A DNA stretch of 64,000 nt, from the IMG/VR virus record IMGVR_UViG_3300033069_000781, positions 55,053 through 119,052 of that record. One strand, 5' to 3'. A program made the translations under genes and the position numbers. This DNA is from a virus. Lineage: Duplodnaviria > Caudoviricetes. This document shows, piece by piece, positions 1 through 11,080 of this stretch (within the stretch, counting starts at the first letter, position 1; each line of letters starts with the position of its first letter). The notes under the pieces were generated by a model, which saw nothing but the letters and a program-made list of their open reading frames with translations, ran no database searches and had not been told where the DNA came from.

Positions 1-2
1 AT

Positions 3-293
3 TTCGGCAAAACCTATATCTGTGACTTAATAGATGAGGTGGGTACCAAATATACAGATATCTGTATGTATAAGGCTCAGTTCGGCGAGAATAAGATTGA
101 TGATATGGGAGTAAGCTCCAAGAGTTCTATTACTTACTGGGATTACGGCTACTGTATCACATGTCATAAAGCTCAAGGATCGGAATGGGCAGAGGTAGTA
201 GTGATCGAGGAGCAATCTACCTTATGGGATATGCGTAGATGGTCCTATACTGCGGCAACTAGGGCTAGTAAGAGATTGGTTTATTGTAGATGA
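3..293 (+). CDS. C-terminal end of RecD/Dda-like SF1 helicase (partial, runs off left edge)
   Basis: YGYCITCHKAQGSEW and RRWSYTAATRA are SF1 motifs V/VI; the frame is open back to position 3. Confidence 0.85.
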   Translation, partial: FGKTYICDLIDEVGTKYTDICMYKAQFGENKIDDMGVSSKSSITYWDYGYCITCHKAQGSEWAEVVVIEEQSTLWDMRRWSYTAATRASKRLVYCR

Positions 294-300
294 GTAACGT

Positions 301-933
301 ATGACAATAAGTGATCAGATCGCTAGGATTGATAAGATGGGTTTCCCTAAATCATGGAGACAAAAGTATTCATTTAACCAAGATCAAGCTCGCTATAAAC
401 AACCCTTTACATATAATCACCAGCGCTTCGATTCCGCTAAACTAACCGCATTTAGATTTGATAGAACGTTTGAGAACATCGAGAATAAGCGAATCGGAAC
501 GGAATGGACCAGTTATGTCACTGAGGCCTTCAAACAGCGCTGTCTATTAGAGGAGCATGCCCTAATAGCCAAGTTGAAACAACTAGAGCTTAGTAGTGAG
601 AAGTCAAATCCTTACTGGGGGTTTGGTGGACTCAAACTATACTACAGTATATTTACGCAAGAAACAGAACTAACTAAAAATAGCTACGATTATGAGGCCT
701 CTCGCTGCCCATTAGAGATCGATGCCTACATTAGTGGTAAGCGACTCTACATCTTTATGTGTATAAGTGTAACCAGGGAAGTTAATCCTGACTGGGTGCA
801 TAGATTCCCATCTTTTATTACGCCATATATAGATGAGGATAAGATACAGGATACACTCAAACCACTTAGAGACCAGTTCAATGAAATTAGTAAAAAAGAA
901 AACGAAACCCAAGAAGAAGCAGCCCAAGTCTAA
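301..933 (+). CDS. hypothetical protein
   Basis: 210-aa ORF in a tightly packed + strand run. Confidence 0.6.
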   Translation: MTISDQIARIDKMGFPKSWRQKYSFNQDQARYKQPFTYNHQRFDSAKLTAFRFDRTFENIENKRIGTEWTSYVTEAFKQRCLLEEHALIAKLKQLELSSEKSNPYWGFGGLKLYYSIFTQETELTKNSYDYEASRCPLEIDAYISGKRLYIFMCISVTREVNPDWVHRFPSFITPYIDEDKIQDTLKPLRDQFNEISKKENETQEEAAQV

Positions 934-1324
934 TAAACAAGCAGCACTGGCAGTGCCCTATGATAATGAGATGGCTTTAGCTCAAATAATAAAACAGCTA
1001 GGCGCAATCCTTACTGAGTTACAGTTTGTGAGCCAACATATCATAGAGCAGATGAATAAGTCGCCTGCACCTATACCTGAGCCTAGTAAACCTCAAGTAT
1101 TACCTAAAGAACCGTTTGATTGGTTTAAGGAAATAGAAAGGAGGCGTAAAGAAAAGGAACAGGAAGAGGAAGTATGGCCTTATCGCATAGGTGATCCATA
1201 CCCACCCTATCCTAGATGGCCTACACCAGCTGATCCTTGGGTACCGACTACCCCTGATACTTATCCCTACCCAGATAAAAAACAACCAATAATTACTTGC
1301 AATACTCCTAATCCATTGTCATAA
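833..1324 (+). CDS. hypothetical protein with Lys-rich N-terminus and Pro-rich C-terminus (likely start ATG 881)
   Basis: ORF; PYPPYPRWPTP low-complexity tail. Confidence 0.55.
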   Translation: MRIRYRIHSNHLETSSMKLVKKKTKPKKKQPKSNKQAALAVPYDNEMALAQIIKQLGAILTELQFVSQHIIEQMNKSPAPIPEPSKPQVLPKEPFDWFKEIERRRKEKEQEEEVWPYRIGDPYPPYPRWPTPADPWVPTTPDTYPYPDKKQPIITCNTPNPLS

Positions 1325-1331
1325 TGGAGGA

Positions 1332-2045
1332 ATGGGAAGTAATAAGAGGCTACGTAAATCTAAATCAAATCTATGGCCACGTACAGAAGTGGAGCTATGT
1401 CAGGAATTAATTAAGTGGATGAGTGCTGAGGGTTGGGAGGTCTTCCAAGAGGTAAAGTCTCCTAGAGGATATGGGGTAGCTGATATAGTGGGTCGCAAGG
1501 GTACACTGACCTGGATAATTGAGTGTAAGAAGAGTCTTAATCTCAAAGTAATTGCCCAAGCATTTAATTGGTTGAGATTAGGCCACTATGTCTCAATCGC
1601 GGTTCCTAAATACATGTTCAATAGTAGGAACGGTAATGTGCCTGGAGTGGCCTGTAAGATCTGCGAGACTCATGGAATTGGCGTACTATCCGTTGAACCA
1701 GCACTGACAACCGAACGAGTTCCAGCTAAACTACATCGTAAGAACCATAATTCCAGTAAAGCGATATCCACTACCCTTACTGAGCATCACAAAACGTTCA
1801 CTCAGGCGGGCTCAGCAACCGGTAGCCATTGGTCACCGTTCAAACAGACAATAGAGAATCTAATTGAAGTTATCAAGAAACACCCAGGCATATTAATGAA
1901 GGATGCTATCAAGCAAATCAAACATCACTACAAATCATCTCCTATAGCAGTGAACTCGATCTGTAAGCATATTCAGACCGGAGTAATTAAAAGCATTAGG
2001 ACCCAGTGGACCCCAGCAGGAATCAAATTATATGTCCAAAGCTAA
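1332..2045 (+). CDS. PD-(D/E)XK nuclease-family protein
   Basis: WEVFQEV...GVADIVG...IIECK catalytic signature. Confidence 0.65.
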   Translation: MGSNKRLRKSKSNLWPRTEVELCQELIKWMSAEGWEVFQEVKSPRGYGVADIVGRKGTLTWIIECKKSLNLKVIAQAFNWLRLGHYVSIAVPKYMFNSRNGNVPGVACKICETHGIGVLSVEPALTTERVPAKLHRKNHNSSKAISTTLTEHHKTFTQAGSATGSHWSPFKQTIENLIEVIKKHPGILMKDAIKQIKHHYKSSPIAVNSICKHIQTGVIKSIRTQWTPAGIKLYVQS

Positions 2046-2766
2046 GGTGGGGATTTCAACCCTAACTGCTCATGATTTAGATAAATACAGAGCTCTTAAA
2101 CTCTTCAAGATCTCAAAGAGCCTAAATATACCACTTAATGAGTGGTTGGATCGAGAAGTAGATATTCCACTAGAATTACTCCGAAGAGATATCATAGATG
2201 GTGATTATGAAGCCGGCTTCTATTCTGGGGTGATCGCTAGAGCTAGATCGAATGATGATATATCTAAGCCAATTGCCCATTCCTGGATTAGGTTGAACTG
2301 TGGGACCATCCTAGATCCAGTTAGATGGTACTTAGAGAATACTGTACCTTATATGTATGTTGGAGACTCTCAAGGCTATATTACAGGATCAGAATACCGA
2401 AAGAACTTGGATCCTTGCCCACCCGACAGTGATGGGTCCTATCCAATTGTTACTGAGTTCTATGACATAGTTGGCGAGCCCACCGCTACTGCTGTTAGAG
2501 CTCTATTAGGCGTAGCTGATAAGAATGAGTCAATAGATACAAATCAATTATCCTGGTTGCTTAGATTACCCCTAGCTAAATTGGGATCGGCAGAGCTAGC
2601 TGAGACTATATATCAAGCCACTATCCATTGTGGCTACAGTAACCTATTGATTAACGAGAATTATCGAGAAGTATTCAATGAGGACCTAATCGTAGTGATC
2701 GATCAAGCTAGAAAGAAAGCCAAGAATGGACCAGGTATCGTCTCCTACAGAATCCCCAATAAATAG
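2032..2766 (+). CDS. hypothetical protein
   Basis: 244-aa ORF overlapping its neighbours. Confidence 0.6.
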   Translation: MSKAKVGISTLTAHDLDKYRALKLFKISKSLNIPLNEWLDREVDIPLELLRRDIIDGDYEAGFYSGVIARARSNDDISKPIAHSWIRLNCGTILDPVRWYLENTVPYMYVGDSQGYITGSEYRKNLDPCPPDSDGSYPIVTEFYDIVGEPTATAVRALLGVADKNESIDTNQLSWLLRLPLAKLGSAELAETIYQATIHCGYSNLLINENYREVFNEDLIVVIDQARKKAKNGPGIVSYRIPNK

Positions 2767-3229
2767 TCTAAAGATTAGAGATCACTTTAAAACAGTAGCA
2801 CCGGATACTAGTGTCGATTGTGCAATATGTCCGGATGGTTCTGTACTAATCGAGTTAAATCAAATCGATACTGGCCAGACTGATACGCTCCTGAGGACCT
2901 CATTCACTTTTGAGAAGGAGCATGCCAGGTATTTCACCTTTAACTTAGCCAAAGAGTTACATAAATCTACAAAGAGTCTAGATAGGGATTTTGACTCCAC
3001 TATTCGCTATAATCCTAATACTAGAGCATTACAATCAATAAAAGATAGAAATGAGGTATGGGTAAAAGTTAAACCTATACTTATGGACTTCTATATTGCA
3101 CGCAATTATATAAGCCTTTTTGAGGGCAGCTTTGAATTACTATTTAAAGCTTATATGAGATTTAACCCAAATCTATCAGAGCATACACTTCTATTGAGAT
3201 CAATTTTAGCGTCTATAGTCTGTAATTAA
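2726..3229 (+). CDS. hypothetical protein
   Basis: 167-aa ORF. Confidence 0.55.
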   Translation: MDQVSSPTESPINSLKIRDHFKTVAPDTSVDCAICPDGSVLIELNQIDTGQTDTLLRTSFTFEKEHARYFTFNLAKELHKSTKSLDRDFDSTIRYNPNTRALQSIKDRNEVWVKVKPILMDFYIARNYISLFEGSFELLFKAYMRFNPNLSEHTLLLRSILASIVCN

Positions 3230-3255
3230 CAAAGCACGCACAAAGGAAATCACAA

Positions 3256-4359
3256 ATGACAAAGTCAAAAGCGAATCAAGTTCGACCGATTCACCGTTCC
3301 GAGATCACTGTACTCACGGACACCTTCGCTAAGGTGTACCCACAGATCAAGCGAAATGGACTCTCGAAGAAAGCTGCCCTACCCATCTTCAATAAGCAGC
3401 TCAAGGCAGATCTAAATAGTGCCAGAGCTAACAGTACCAGCTATCAATGGGAGGTACTCAATAAGCACAAAAAACTTAACTCACCTAATCAACTCGATAC
3501 CCTATTCCGTGAATATCAGGCACGCCAAGATATTTCCAGCCCTGACTGGACATGGCCTATTCATGGTAACGGTAATCGATTACATCTTGAGCGCTACTTG
3601 GTTGAGAATAAGCAAACTATTTTGCATAACGCTATGACCCGATCGAGAGTAGCGGATAATATCGATCGAGAGCTTGGTATTCGGTACACCGATGGAATGA
3701 TCCAGGATTGTGCCCGTGAGGTTGGAATTGTTTGGAGGAACGGTAAGGCTGTCGATAAGGCTACTACCTATGCTACCATTAAGCCTTACGAAGTTCCCGC
3801 TAAGGCCTCACCCAAGGCTGAATATGCCTGGCAGGTATCATTCGATAAGGATCTCTCTAAGGACCCCGTGATTACCCAGACTATGTCCGCAATGGAGCAG
3901 ACTAATGCTATTAATGCAATGAAGTCCCAGGTAGCTAGCTATATCACCACTATTGAGCAACTGGTCCGTGCAGTTGAGTCTATTCAGCTCCAGGTTACTC
4001 GTTTGAATCAAGTCAATTTTGCTGGTACCCAGCTCGTTGATTATCCACATGCACCAGTTACAGATCCCACCAATGTCGTAGTTCCATCCGAACTGCCCGT
4101 AGTAACTGCCCCTAACCCAGAGGCCACTAGTCCACTCTCAGCTGCTCTTAATAGATTCAAGTTCGACATCGAGACCTCGAAGCTAACCCCTATAGCTCCA
4201 GTAGGTCTAAAGGTCAATGAGACGCCCAGTACGAATAGAACTGAGGTTGCTGAACTAGCCCATGTAGGTATGCATACAGATCATGACAATACCCCTAATC
4301 CCCGAAGAGACTGGTGGGATTCTAATTATGCTAATGTTGGATCACAGGGCCCATTCTGA
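3256..4359 (+). CDS. hypothetical protein
   Basis: 367-aa ORF with AAAGGA SD. Confidence 0.7.
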   Translation: MTKSKANQVRPIHRSEITVLTDTFAKVYPQIKRNGLSKKAALPIFNKQLKADLNSARANSTSYQWEVLNKHKKLNSPNQLDTLFREYQARQDISSPDWTWPIHGNGNRLHLERYLVENKQTILHNAMTRSRVADNIDRELGIRYTDGMIQDCAREVGIVWRNGKAVDKATTYATIKPYEVPAKASPKAEYAWQVSFDKDLSKDPVITQTMSAMEQTNAINAMKSQVASYITTIEQLVRAVESIQLQVTRLNQVNFAGTQLVDYPHAPVTDPTNVVVPSELPVVTAPNPEATSPLSAALNRFKFDIETSKLTPIAPVGLKVNETPSTNRTEVAELAHVGMHTDHDNTPNPRRDWWDSNYANVGSQGPF

Positions 4360-4364
4360 ATTAA

Positions 4365-6401
4365 ATGAAGACAAAAACAAGTGTTAGTCCTAAGTCAGCA
4401 CAGACTAGACTAAAAGAACTTAAGACCATGATCAAGAGTGCTGATGAGGCCTACTATCAGCAATCAGATCCGATCCTAACGGATCCGGAATATGATGCCT
4501 TGATTAGTGAGCTTAGAGCACTAGAGAAGGAGAATCCGGATCTAATCACCCCGGATTCTCCTTCTCATAGAATAGGGGAGAAATTGACCGCTGGGTTCTC
4601 TCAGCATAAACATCTCTATCCAATGTTGTCTATTGATAACGTCTATACCTATGAAGACCTAGATAAATGGTATAAAGACATAATCGAGCTAGTAGGTGTA
4701 GGTAATGATTATGTCATTGTTCAACCCAAGATTGATGGGATAGCGATATCACTGACCTATAAGAATGGTAAGCTTATCAGAGGTACCACTAGGGGTGACG
4801 GTGAAGTAGGTGATGATGTCACCGCTAACTGTATGGCTGTTCTAGATATTCCTCTAACTATCTCCTACAAAGAGGAGATAGAGGTTAGGGGTGAGTGCTA
4901 TATCTCTATCTCTGACTTTGAGAGGATTAATATACGTGAGGAAGCTAACCATAAGAATCCACGTAACCTAGTCAATGGGACCATGAAGAGCCATGATCCT
5001 ATACAGGTGCGCAATAGAATGGTTCGGTTCATATGTCACAGTGTTGGACATCTCGGAGTTAGTATGGAGTATGACACTCTAAGTTCAATACTACGTATGC
5101 TGGTTAAGAGTGGCATGATCATAGCGGCGTGGTCTAGGACCTCAGGATTTCTAGAGTTCAAATCCCTAGTCGATGGCTATGTATCGGGTAATGAAAATAG
5201 AGATATTCCAGTAGATGGAGTAGTGGTTAAGTTAGATAGTATTGATGCCCAGACCCACCTGGGACATGGCTCTAAATACGTTAAATGGGCAATTGCTTAT
5301 AAGCCCCGTGAATCCTACGCTGAAACCACCCTGGAATCAATAACCTGGACTGTTGGTAAGAACGGTAAACTAACCCCAGTAGCTAACTTAACCCCTGTAG
5401 ATCTCGACGGCACAACCATTACTCATGCCTCACTACATAATCATATGATCATGTATGAGCTGCAAATTGAACCTGGATGTGTAGTTAGACTAGAGAAAGC
5501 GGGGGAAATAATTCCCCAGATAGTAGCTAGAGTAAACACTAGGCATAAAGATACTTCAATAGATTATTATGCGCCAATGGTATGCCCTATATGTAATAGT
5601 ACATTAGAGCTAGTTGGCCCAAATCTCTTCTGTAGGAACTCGTCATGCCCAGGTCAGACCTCTTCAAGCCTTAAGCATTTCGTAAGTAAAACTGGATTAG
5701 ACATCAAAGGTATAGGTGATGTATTAATCGAGAGAATAGGTGGGATAGTTATCTTACCTGAACATCTCTGGACCCACTACAATCAATATATACAAATGCT
5801 AGAGGGCCTAGGCAACTGGGGTCAGAGGAGTACAGATAAATTGTACGCTGGACTACAGGAGGCTAAGAGTTGTGGTCTAGAGAAGTTCCTGCGAGCCCTA
5901 GGTATCCCAAAGCTGGGTAAGACCCTATCCAAGGCTCTGGCTGCTAGGTATGACGATATCGATGATTTATGCCAAAACATAACAATAGACAAACTAAAGG
6001 AAATAGAACATATAGGAGATACCATTGCTGAACTGGTTTACCCAGTCCTATCGAGTCCTAGTTTTAAAGCTCGTGTTGATGTATTCAAATCTCAAGGATT
6101 TAATCTACGAAGCTTATCACGGCAAGCTCCCGAGGTAATAGATATGGCCAATAAAGCTAAACAATCAAAACTAACAGGAAAATCTATATGCGTGACCGGT
6201 TCCGTTGAAGGTTACACCCGTGCAGAGCTAGAGGCTAAACTGACCGAGCTAGGAGCCAGCTTTAATTCAGGAGTATCTAAGAGTACTGATATACTGGTCA
6301 TAGGAGATGACCCCGGTAGCGCTAAGATCGAGAAGGCTAATAAGTATAATATTCCCACTATAACTTCAGATGAATTACTTAAGCTATTCAGTTCCCCATA
6401 A
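4365..6401 (+). CDS. ligA: NAD-dependent DNA ligase
   Basis: YY...D.EYD domain Ia, PKIDG adenylation motif, RGDG, EVRGE, DGVVVK, C4 zinc finger, HhH repeats, C-terminal BRCT. Confidence 0.97.
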   Translation: MKTKTSVSPKSAQTRLKELKTMIKSADEAYYQQSDPILTDPEYDALISELRALEKENPDLITPDSPSHRIGEKLTAGFSQHKHLYPMLSIDNVYTYEDLDKWYKDIIELVGVGNDYVIVQPKIDGIAISLTYKNGKLIRGTTRGDGEVGDDVTANCMAVLDIPLTISYKEEIEVRGECYISISDFERINIREEANHKNPRNLVNGTMKSHDPIQVRNRMVRFICHSVGHLGVSMEYDTLSSILRMLVKSGMIIAAWSRTSGFLEFKSLVDGYVSGNENRDIPVDGVVVKLDSIDAQTHLGHGSKYVKWAIAYKPRESYAETTLESITWTVGKNGKLTPVANLTPVDLDGTTITHASLHNHMIMYELQIEPGCVVRLEKAGEIIPQIVARVNTRHKDTSIDYYAPMVCPICNSTLELVGPNLFCRNSSCPGQTSSSLKHFVSKTGLDIKGIGDVLIERIGGIVILPEHLWTHYNQYIQMLEGLGNWGQRSTDKLYAGLQEAKSCGLEKFLRALGIPKLGKTLSKALAARYDDIDDLCQNITIDKLKEIEHIGDTIAELVYPVLSSPSFKARVDVFKSQGFNLRSLSRQAPEVIDMANKAKQSKLTGKSICVTGSVEGYTRAELEAKLTELGASFNSGVSKSTDILVIGDDPGSAKIEKANKYNIPTITSDELLKLFSSP

Positions 6402-6404
6402 TAA

Positions 6405-6902
6405 ATGAACAGTTCAGAGCAGCCATTAATTAGTACTAATGATAAAGGTCTCTACAATCAGAACGTCCAGGCTTTAGTTAATTCACTAAACAAATCGGAC
6501 GTTGAATATGTTTGTCTGGAGGCTCTGAAGACCATTTTGATGCGGGAGTTAACCCATAGCCTACTTACTCATAGAAAGGGTCATATAGGAATAAATCTCA
6601 TTGCTGGTAATATTGTTGCTAGTAAAGAGATGAATGCTAAGTTGTGTGAGCTATTCGAAAATCCTGAGCTGTATGAATTGGATAATAAGCCAATCTTTTA
6701 CGTAGTTCATATACCCTTCGATAAGTTAGATTCTGACAATATCCACTGTATATCTGATCTATGCAAACTGAATGATCTAGAACTAAAGTTTGTTCCGAGT
6801 TGGCAGGGCTGTACCTCTAAGTTAGCTATATGTATATATAGGCTAGAAAGTCTAGATCTATTCAATGAGAAGCTAAAGAAACTAGGAGCACTAGTGCAGT
6901 AA
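6405..6902 (+). CDS. hypothetical protein
   Basis: 165-aa ORF coupled to its neighbours. Confidence 0.6.
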   Translation: MNSSEQPLISTNDKGLYNQNVQALVNSLNKSDVEYVCLEALKTILMRELTHSLLTHRKGHIGINLIAGNIVASKEMNAKLCELFENPELYELDNKPIFYVVHIPFDKLDSDNIHCISDLCKLNDLELKFVPSWQGCTSKLAICIYRLESLDLFNEKLKKLGALVQ

Positions 6903-7498
6903 TGAGTCAATCTAAGATCTGGTTCTCATCAGATTTCCACTTTAATCATTCCAACATAATTAAGCACTCTAATAGACCCTTCTCTACTAAGGAGGAGATG
7001 GACGATGCTATTATTCATAACATAAATAGCAAAGTACACAAGGATCATACTCTATACTTTCTAGGAGATTTTGCTTGGGTGCGAAATTCATCAGATAACA
7101 ATATAGAGAGGACTTCTAAGTATCGTAATAGGATTAAGTGTCAGAACTTCATCTGGACCCAGGGTAATCATGATCCTGACTGGATACCTTGCCAATTAGG
7201 TATACGGTTTAATAGAGATATCTTCGAGTTAAAGATATCTAAACAGGAAATGTATGTTCTATCACACTATCCTATACATCAATGGCACCGTAAACGATAC
7301 GGTATGATACACCTACATGGTCACTCCCACGGTAAGAGCTTTGGGTATGATCCCTGGGCTCTCGATGTCGGGGTCGATACAAATAACTTCCAACCCTATA
7401 ACCTAGATGATGTAAGAGATATAATGAATGCAAGACGACTATTAAGAGCCAATGAGATAATCGCTAATGACGACCCTGATGACCCCTCAGAACATTAA
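6902..7498 (+). CDS. calcineurin-like metallophosphoesterase
   Basis: SDFHFNH, LGDF, GNHD, LSHYP, HGHSH motifs. Confidence 0.92.
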   Translation: MSQSKIWFSSDFHFNHSNIIKHSNRPFSTKEEMDDAIIHNINSKVHKDHTLYFLGDFAWVRNSSDNNIERTSKYRNRIKCQNFIWTQGNHDPDWIPCQLGIRFNRDIFELKISKQEMYVLSHYPIHQWHRKRYGMIHLHGHSHGKSFGYDPWALDVGVDTNNFQPYNLDDVRDIMNARRLLRANEIIANDDPDDPSEH

Positions 7499-8813
7499 TA
7501 TTGAACAAGACTTAACAATAAGCTATACAGAAGAGGAACTACTAGATCTAGATGTCCCATTACAATTCAATATTGATGAGTCCAGTAATAGTACCGATCT
7601 CTCTGAATTACTAGTTCCAATTGATATTGATGCCCGTAGTTCCATAATTGAGACTAGATTATATCAACAAAGAGTAATTGAGAATACTATGAAGGCTATT
7701 AAGGAGGGGCATAAGTCCATCCTTATTACTCTACCTACGGGAGCCGGTAAGTCTATCATAGGCCACTTATTGGCTAAGAGATTAATTGAGGAATATAACT
7801 ACTCAGTGGGATGGACCTGCATGCGTAGGATCTTGCTCAAGCAGGCTGAGCTAGAAAATAGGGCTAAGTTTAATGTGCCTATTACTTACTTCTCTACCTT
7901 TACCCACCATCTCCCCAAGATCGATGTTGTCATAGAGGATGAGGCACAGCACTCCGCTTCTAATACCTCTACATCAATTAATTCCCAGATAGGTCCTAAG
8001 GTCCATATCGCTATGACAGCGACCCCTTACAGGACCGATCATATGAAGCTCTGCTTCAGTAAGGTCATTATTGATGCGGGGCTGCGTCAATTAGTAGATG
8101 AGGGCTGGTTATCCCCCTATCACCTCTACATAACCAATATGGATTGGTCACCTAAAACGGTAGCCTCTATATATCTTCAGGATCCCAATAGATGGGGTAA
8201 GTCTATCGCTTTCTTCCAGACCAGAGCCCAATGCTATGAATTTATGTCAATATTGGATGCGGCAGGTCACGCCTCCGATGTAGTCATAGGGGGATCTGTA
8301 AAGAAGCAAGAAGAGAAGATAGCTAGGTTCCGGAGAGGTGAAGTTAATATCCTGAGTAATGTATTCGTATTAACTGAAGGATTTGATGCTCCCGAACTTA
8401 GGACCGTATTCGTTAGGGATTCAGCTAAGGGTCCCACTACACAAATGGCTGGCAGAGCATTCAGAAAGCATGCCTCGAAGCCCTATGCCCAAATAGTTCA
8501 ATCCGATAAGTCTCCCAATATCTTCTCAAATATAGTATCACCGGAACGCAAGTTCACTGTGGACGAAAAAGATCATACTAAATGGTTTGAGCGGGAAGGT
8601 CACTCTAAGCTAATGGAACTGGTGGAGAGGTCATCACTGGCCGCTCTATCTCAGGCTCCCGAGGTCAAGATGCCACCATTCATATTGAAGAATAAGTATA
8701 AACAACTTAGACGTAGAAGGGTTGAGGAGCGCTTGCCTGAGCCCGCAACTGAGCTACCTAGACCTAATCCTACCACTCCTACCATCCCTCCATTACCCAA
8801 TGCCCAACCCTGA
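7467..8813 (+). CDS. SF2 DEAD/DEAH-type helicase (ResIII-like)
   Basis: LPTGAGKS Walker A, EDEAQH, TATP, LTEGFDAP, QMAGRAFR. Confidence 0.9.
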   Translation: MTTLMTPQNINIEQDLTISYTEEELLDLDVPLQFNIDESSNSTDLSELLVPIDIDARSSIIETRLYQQRVIENTMKAIKEGHKSILITLPTGAGKSIIGHLLAKRLIEEYNYSVGWTCMRRILLKQAELENRAKFNVPITYFSTFTHHLPKIDVVIEDEAQHSASNTSTSINSQIGPKVHIAMTATPYRTDHMKLCFSKVIIDAGLRQLVDEGWLSPYHLYITNMDWSPKTVASIYLQDPNRWGKSIAFFQTRAQCYEFMSILDAAGHASDVVIGGSVKKQEEKIARFRRGEVNILSNVFVLTEGFDAPELRTVFVRDSAKGPTTQMAGRAFRKHASKPYAQIVQSDKSPNIFSNIVSPERKFTVDEKDHTKWFEREGHSKLMELVERSSLAALSQAPEVKMPPFILKNKYKQLRRRRVEERLPEPATELPRPNPTTPTIPPLPNAQP

Positions 8814-8982
8814 TATAGATATCAAACCTATAAATCAACATGCGTGGTTTAATAGGGCCTGTGCTTTAACTCGTTGGGCCCTATTAAATCCAAATACCCA
8901 TTTACGTGAATTATGTAAGGAAGCAGCTAGGGTCTCGTTACACCTCTCAAATCAAGGAGCACAGAAAGCATGGCAAAGATAG
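8800..8982 (+). CDS. small hypothetical protein
   Basis: ATG at 8800 overlapping the helicase end; fills the gap to the next gene. Confidence 0.45.
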   Translation: MPNPDIDIKPINQHAWFNRACALTRWALLNPNTHLRELCKEAARVSLHLSNQGAQKAWQR

Positions 8983-9497
8983 AAGTTACTCATCCTGATA
9001 AAACAACTATAACATTTGAGATGTGCCCATATGAAGATTCCTACCCACCAGCTAGATCTCTTGAAGAGTTTAGGATTGGTGACGAAGTAGTAGAGTGCAA
9101 CTTAGATACTAAACGTGTACACAGTACGTACTATACAATTGTCTCAGATATCCATACTAGTAGTAATAGGTTATTCAGTAAGGGTAATAATCGTGTTTAT
9201 GACTCTATTCAATACTACACTAGCGCTAAAAAGTGGTATCTAGTTTCTGACTTTGATGCTAATGGTTGTTTGAAATCTATATCGAGACCGCAGAAGCGCA
9301 TACAAGATCTAGAAGTAGGTGAGTATTTTGAGTACGACGGTGAAATACTATATCGAGTACCAGAAGGGGATGGTAAACAATTTAGAGCATTATCCATTAG
9401 CCCACGATTAATTACAATCCCATCTAACTACGACTTAGCTACTCCATTGGGTAAACTATATATCAAGAATAGTGAACAAATCGGGAGTCCTAGATAA
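8970..9497 (+). CDS. hypothetical protein
   Basis: 175-aa ORF with AAGGAG SD. Confidence 0.65.
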   Translation: MAKIEVTHPDKTTITFEMCPYEDSYPPARSLEEFRIGDEVVECNLDTKRVHSTYYTIVSDIHTSSNRLFSKGNNRVYDSIQYYTSAKKWYLVSDFDANGCLKSISRPQKRIQDLEVGEYFEYDGEILYRVPEGDGKQFRALSISPRLITIPSNYDLATPLGKLYIKNSEQIGSPR

Positions 9498-9520
9498 GTT
9501 CTCTATACATATATCTATAA

Positions 9521-9548
9521 TTGCTAGTCATAGCATATCTGCTATAAT
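9521..9548 (+). promoter_or_regulatory. sigma70-like promoter upstream of the DUF932-like gene
   Basis: TTGCTA-16 nt-TATAAT with an extended -10 TG, in an intergenic gap. Confidence 0.45.
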
Positions 9549-9603
9549 TGAAATATCCTAGATATCGGTCAGGTAGACTTATATCAGTGATATTGAGAAA
9601 TAT

Positions 9604-11025
9604 ATGGAAAATGAAATTAATGGCGGCTTTAACAATTCCAATGGTAATGATATCGATAATTCAATGATCCCTGGTATGGATCAGACCGGGGATCCAGCTC
9701 TAGCTGGTGTTACGGTTACTGATAATCTACCTCCCGATAACTTTGAGCATGAACCCATTGCTATGGAGGCTACGGGTAATGAGGGTCATGTATTCAGTGT
9801 TACCCGTGCCAATATCATCGGCTTCGGTGCTAATACCCCATCAAAGAATATTCGTGATATGTCATGTTTAGAAAAGATCGATATCTCACGTGAGATCGTT
9901 CCTATCAAGGATCTTCGGATCAAGTACTTGGCCGATAATGTCAATCATCTAAAGACCAATAAGGCAAAGAATGAAAAGACTAGGCTAGTTATGCCAGATG
10001 GTCGGGAACTCAGGGTCACCGATAAGTTCTTCCATTCCTTTAATAAGACTACTAATCAGTCGAAGTCGATCTTCGATCTATTTGCCCCCGATGAGGTCTT
10101 TAAGCGCATGCAGGAGAAGGACCCCTCAATGATGGTCCGGATCACTGTCGAGAACTATAAGAAGGCTACTGAGGAGTCCGCCTTCCATGGACTAGCTCTC
10201 ACAATGACCCCGCCCTCTAAGGCTGTCCTTGGGGTGGATTCAGTCCTACAGCTTGCGGCTAAACACGGTGGTATGAACGCTACCTACAAGGATGGCACCG
10301 CATCCCTCAGCTTCAACTGCCCCTTCCAGACCAATCTGAATATTACTGGTAGCTCCGATTCCGACTTCACTACTCGGTTCAATATGCAGTTCCCTCTAGA
10401 TGGGTTCGGGCTACCCGCTTCATACCTGGAACTCCTTCGTAAGGTCTGTAGTAATGGTGCTGTAGCAATGACCAAGGCGTTCCGAACCGAGTTTTCGCTA
10501 GGTAAGGGTGACTCAGACCTACTCTATGTTCTTGATAGAGCAATGAGTACCTTCAATAATGAGGAGGGCTTCCATAGCTTTGCGGAACGTATGCGATCCG
10601 CTACTAACTCTTGGGCTTCCCTCCATAACTATGTCTCACTGAATAAGGCTATTACACGGGCCTGTCAGCTGGAGAATAAGGATATCAAGGCTCGCCGCTT
10701 GCTTATTGGTGGATTAGATAAGCTCTGCAATAATCCTCTCTATATGTACAATATCATTGCCGGTAATGAGCCCTCAACCCGTTACTCCAAGATATTGCCT
10801 GTGGAATGTACTGTATATGACTTGATCAATTACGGTACCGAGGTCGCTACCCACCACTTCAATACTCTCTACGCCCGTAACTCCATTAATGGCTGGTTGG
10901 GTGATCTAATCGTCTCAGAGTTCGATTTAGAGAATTCTAAGACCACTAAGCCTGACTTTACCGACTATTACTTAGATACCAGCAGAGCTCGTATCAAGGA
11001 AACTAAAGCCCAACTAGGTAACTAA
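9604..11025 (+). CDS. DUF932/DUF945-like protein
   Basis: PLDG...LELLRKVCSNGAV resembles the family R.VC.NG signature. Confidence 0.55.
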   Translation: MENEINGGFNNSNGNDIDNSMIPGMDQTGDPALAGVTVTDNLPPDNFEHEPIAMEATGNEGHVFSVTRANIIGFGANTPSKNIRDMSCLEKIDISREIVPIKDLRIKYLADNVNHLKTNKAKNEKTRLVMPDGRELRVTDKFFHSFNKTTNQSKSIFDLFAPDEVFKRMQEKDPSMMVRITVENYKKATEESAFHGLALTMTPPSKAVLGVDSVLQLAAKHGGMNATYKDGTASLSFNCPFQTNLNITGSSDSDFTTRFNMQFPLDGFGLPASYLELLRKVCSNGAVAMTKAFRTEFSLGKGDSDLLYVLDRAMSTFNNEEGFHSFAERMRSATNSWASLHNYVSLNKAITRACQLENKDIKARRLLIGGLDKLCNNPLYMYNIIAGNEPSTRYSKILPVECTVYDLINYGTEVATHHFNTLYARNSINGWLGDLIVSEFDLENSKTTKPDFTDYYLDTSRARIKETKAQLGN

Positions 11026-11042
11026 TACGAGAAACATAAACC

Positions 11043-11080
11043 AAACGGAGACTGTATTCCCATGAATACAGTCTCCGTTT
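11043..11080. terminator. 17-bp perfect hairpin, likely terminator
   Basis: AAACGGAGACTGTATTC-ccat-GAATACAGTCTCCGTTT just after the stop codon. Confidence 0.75.
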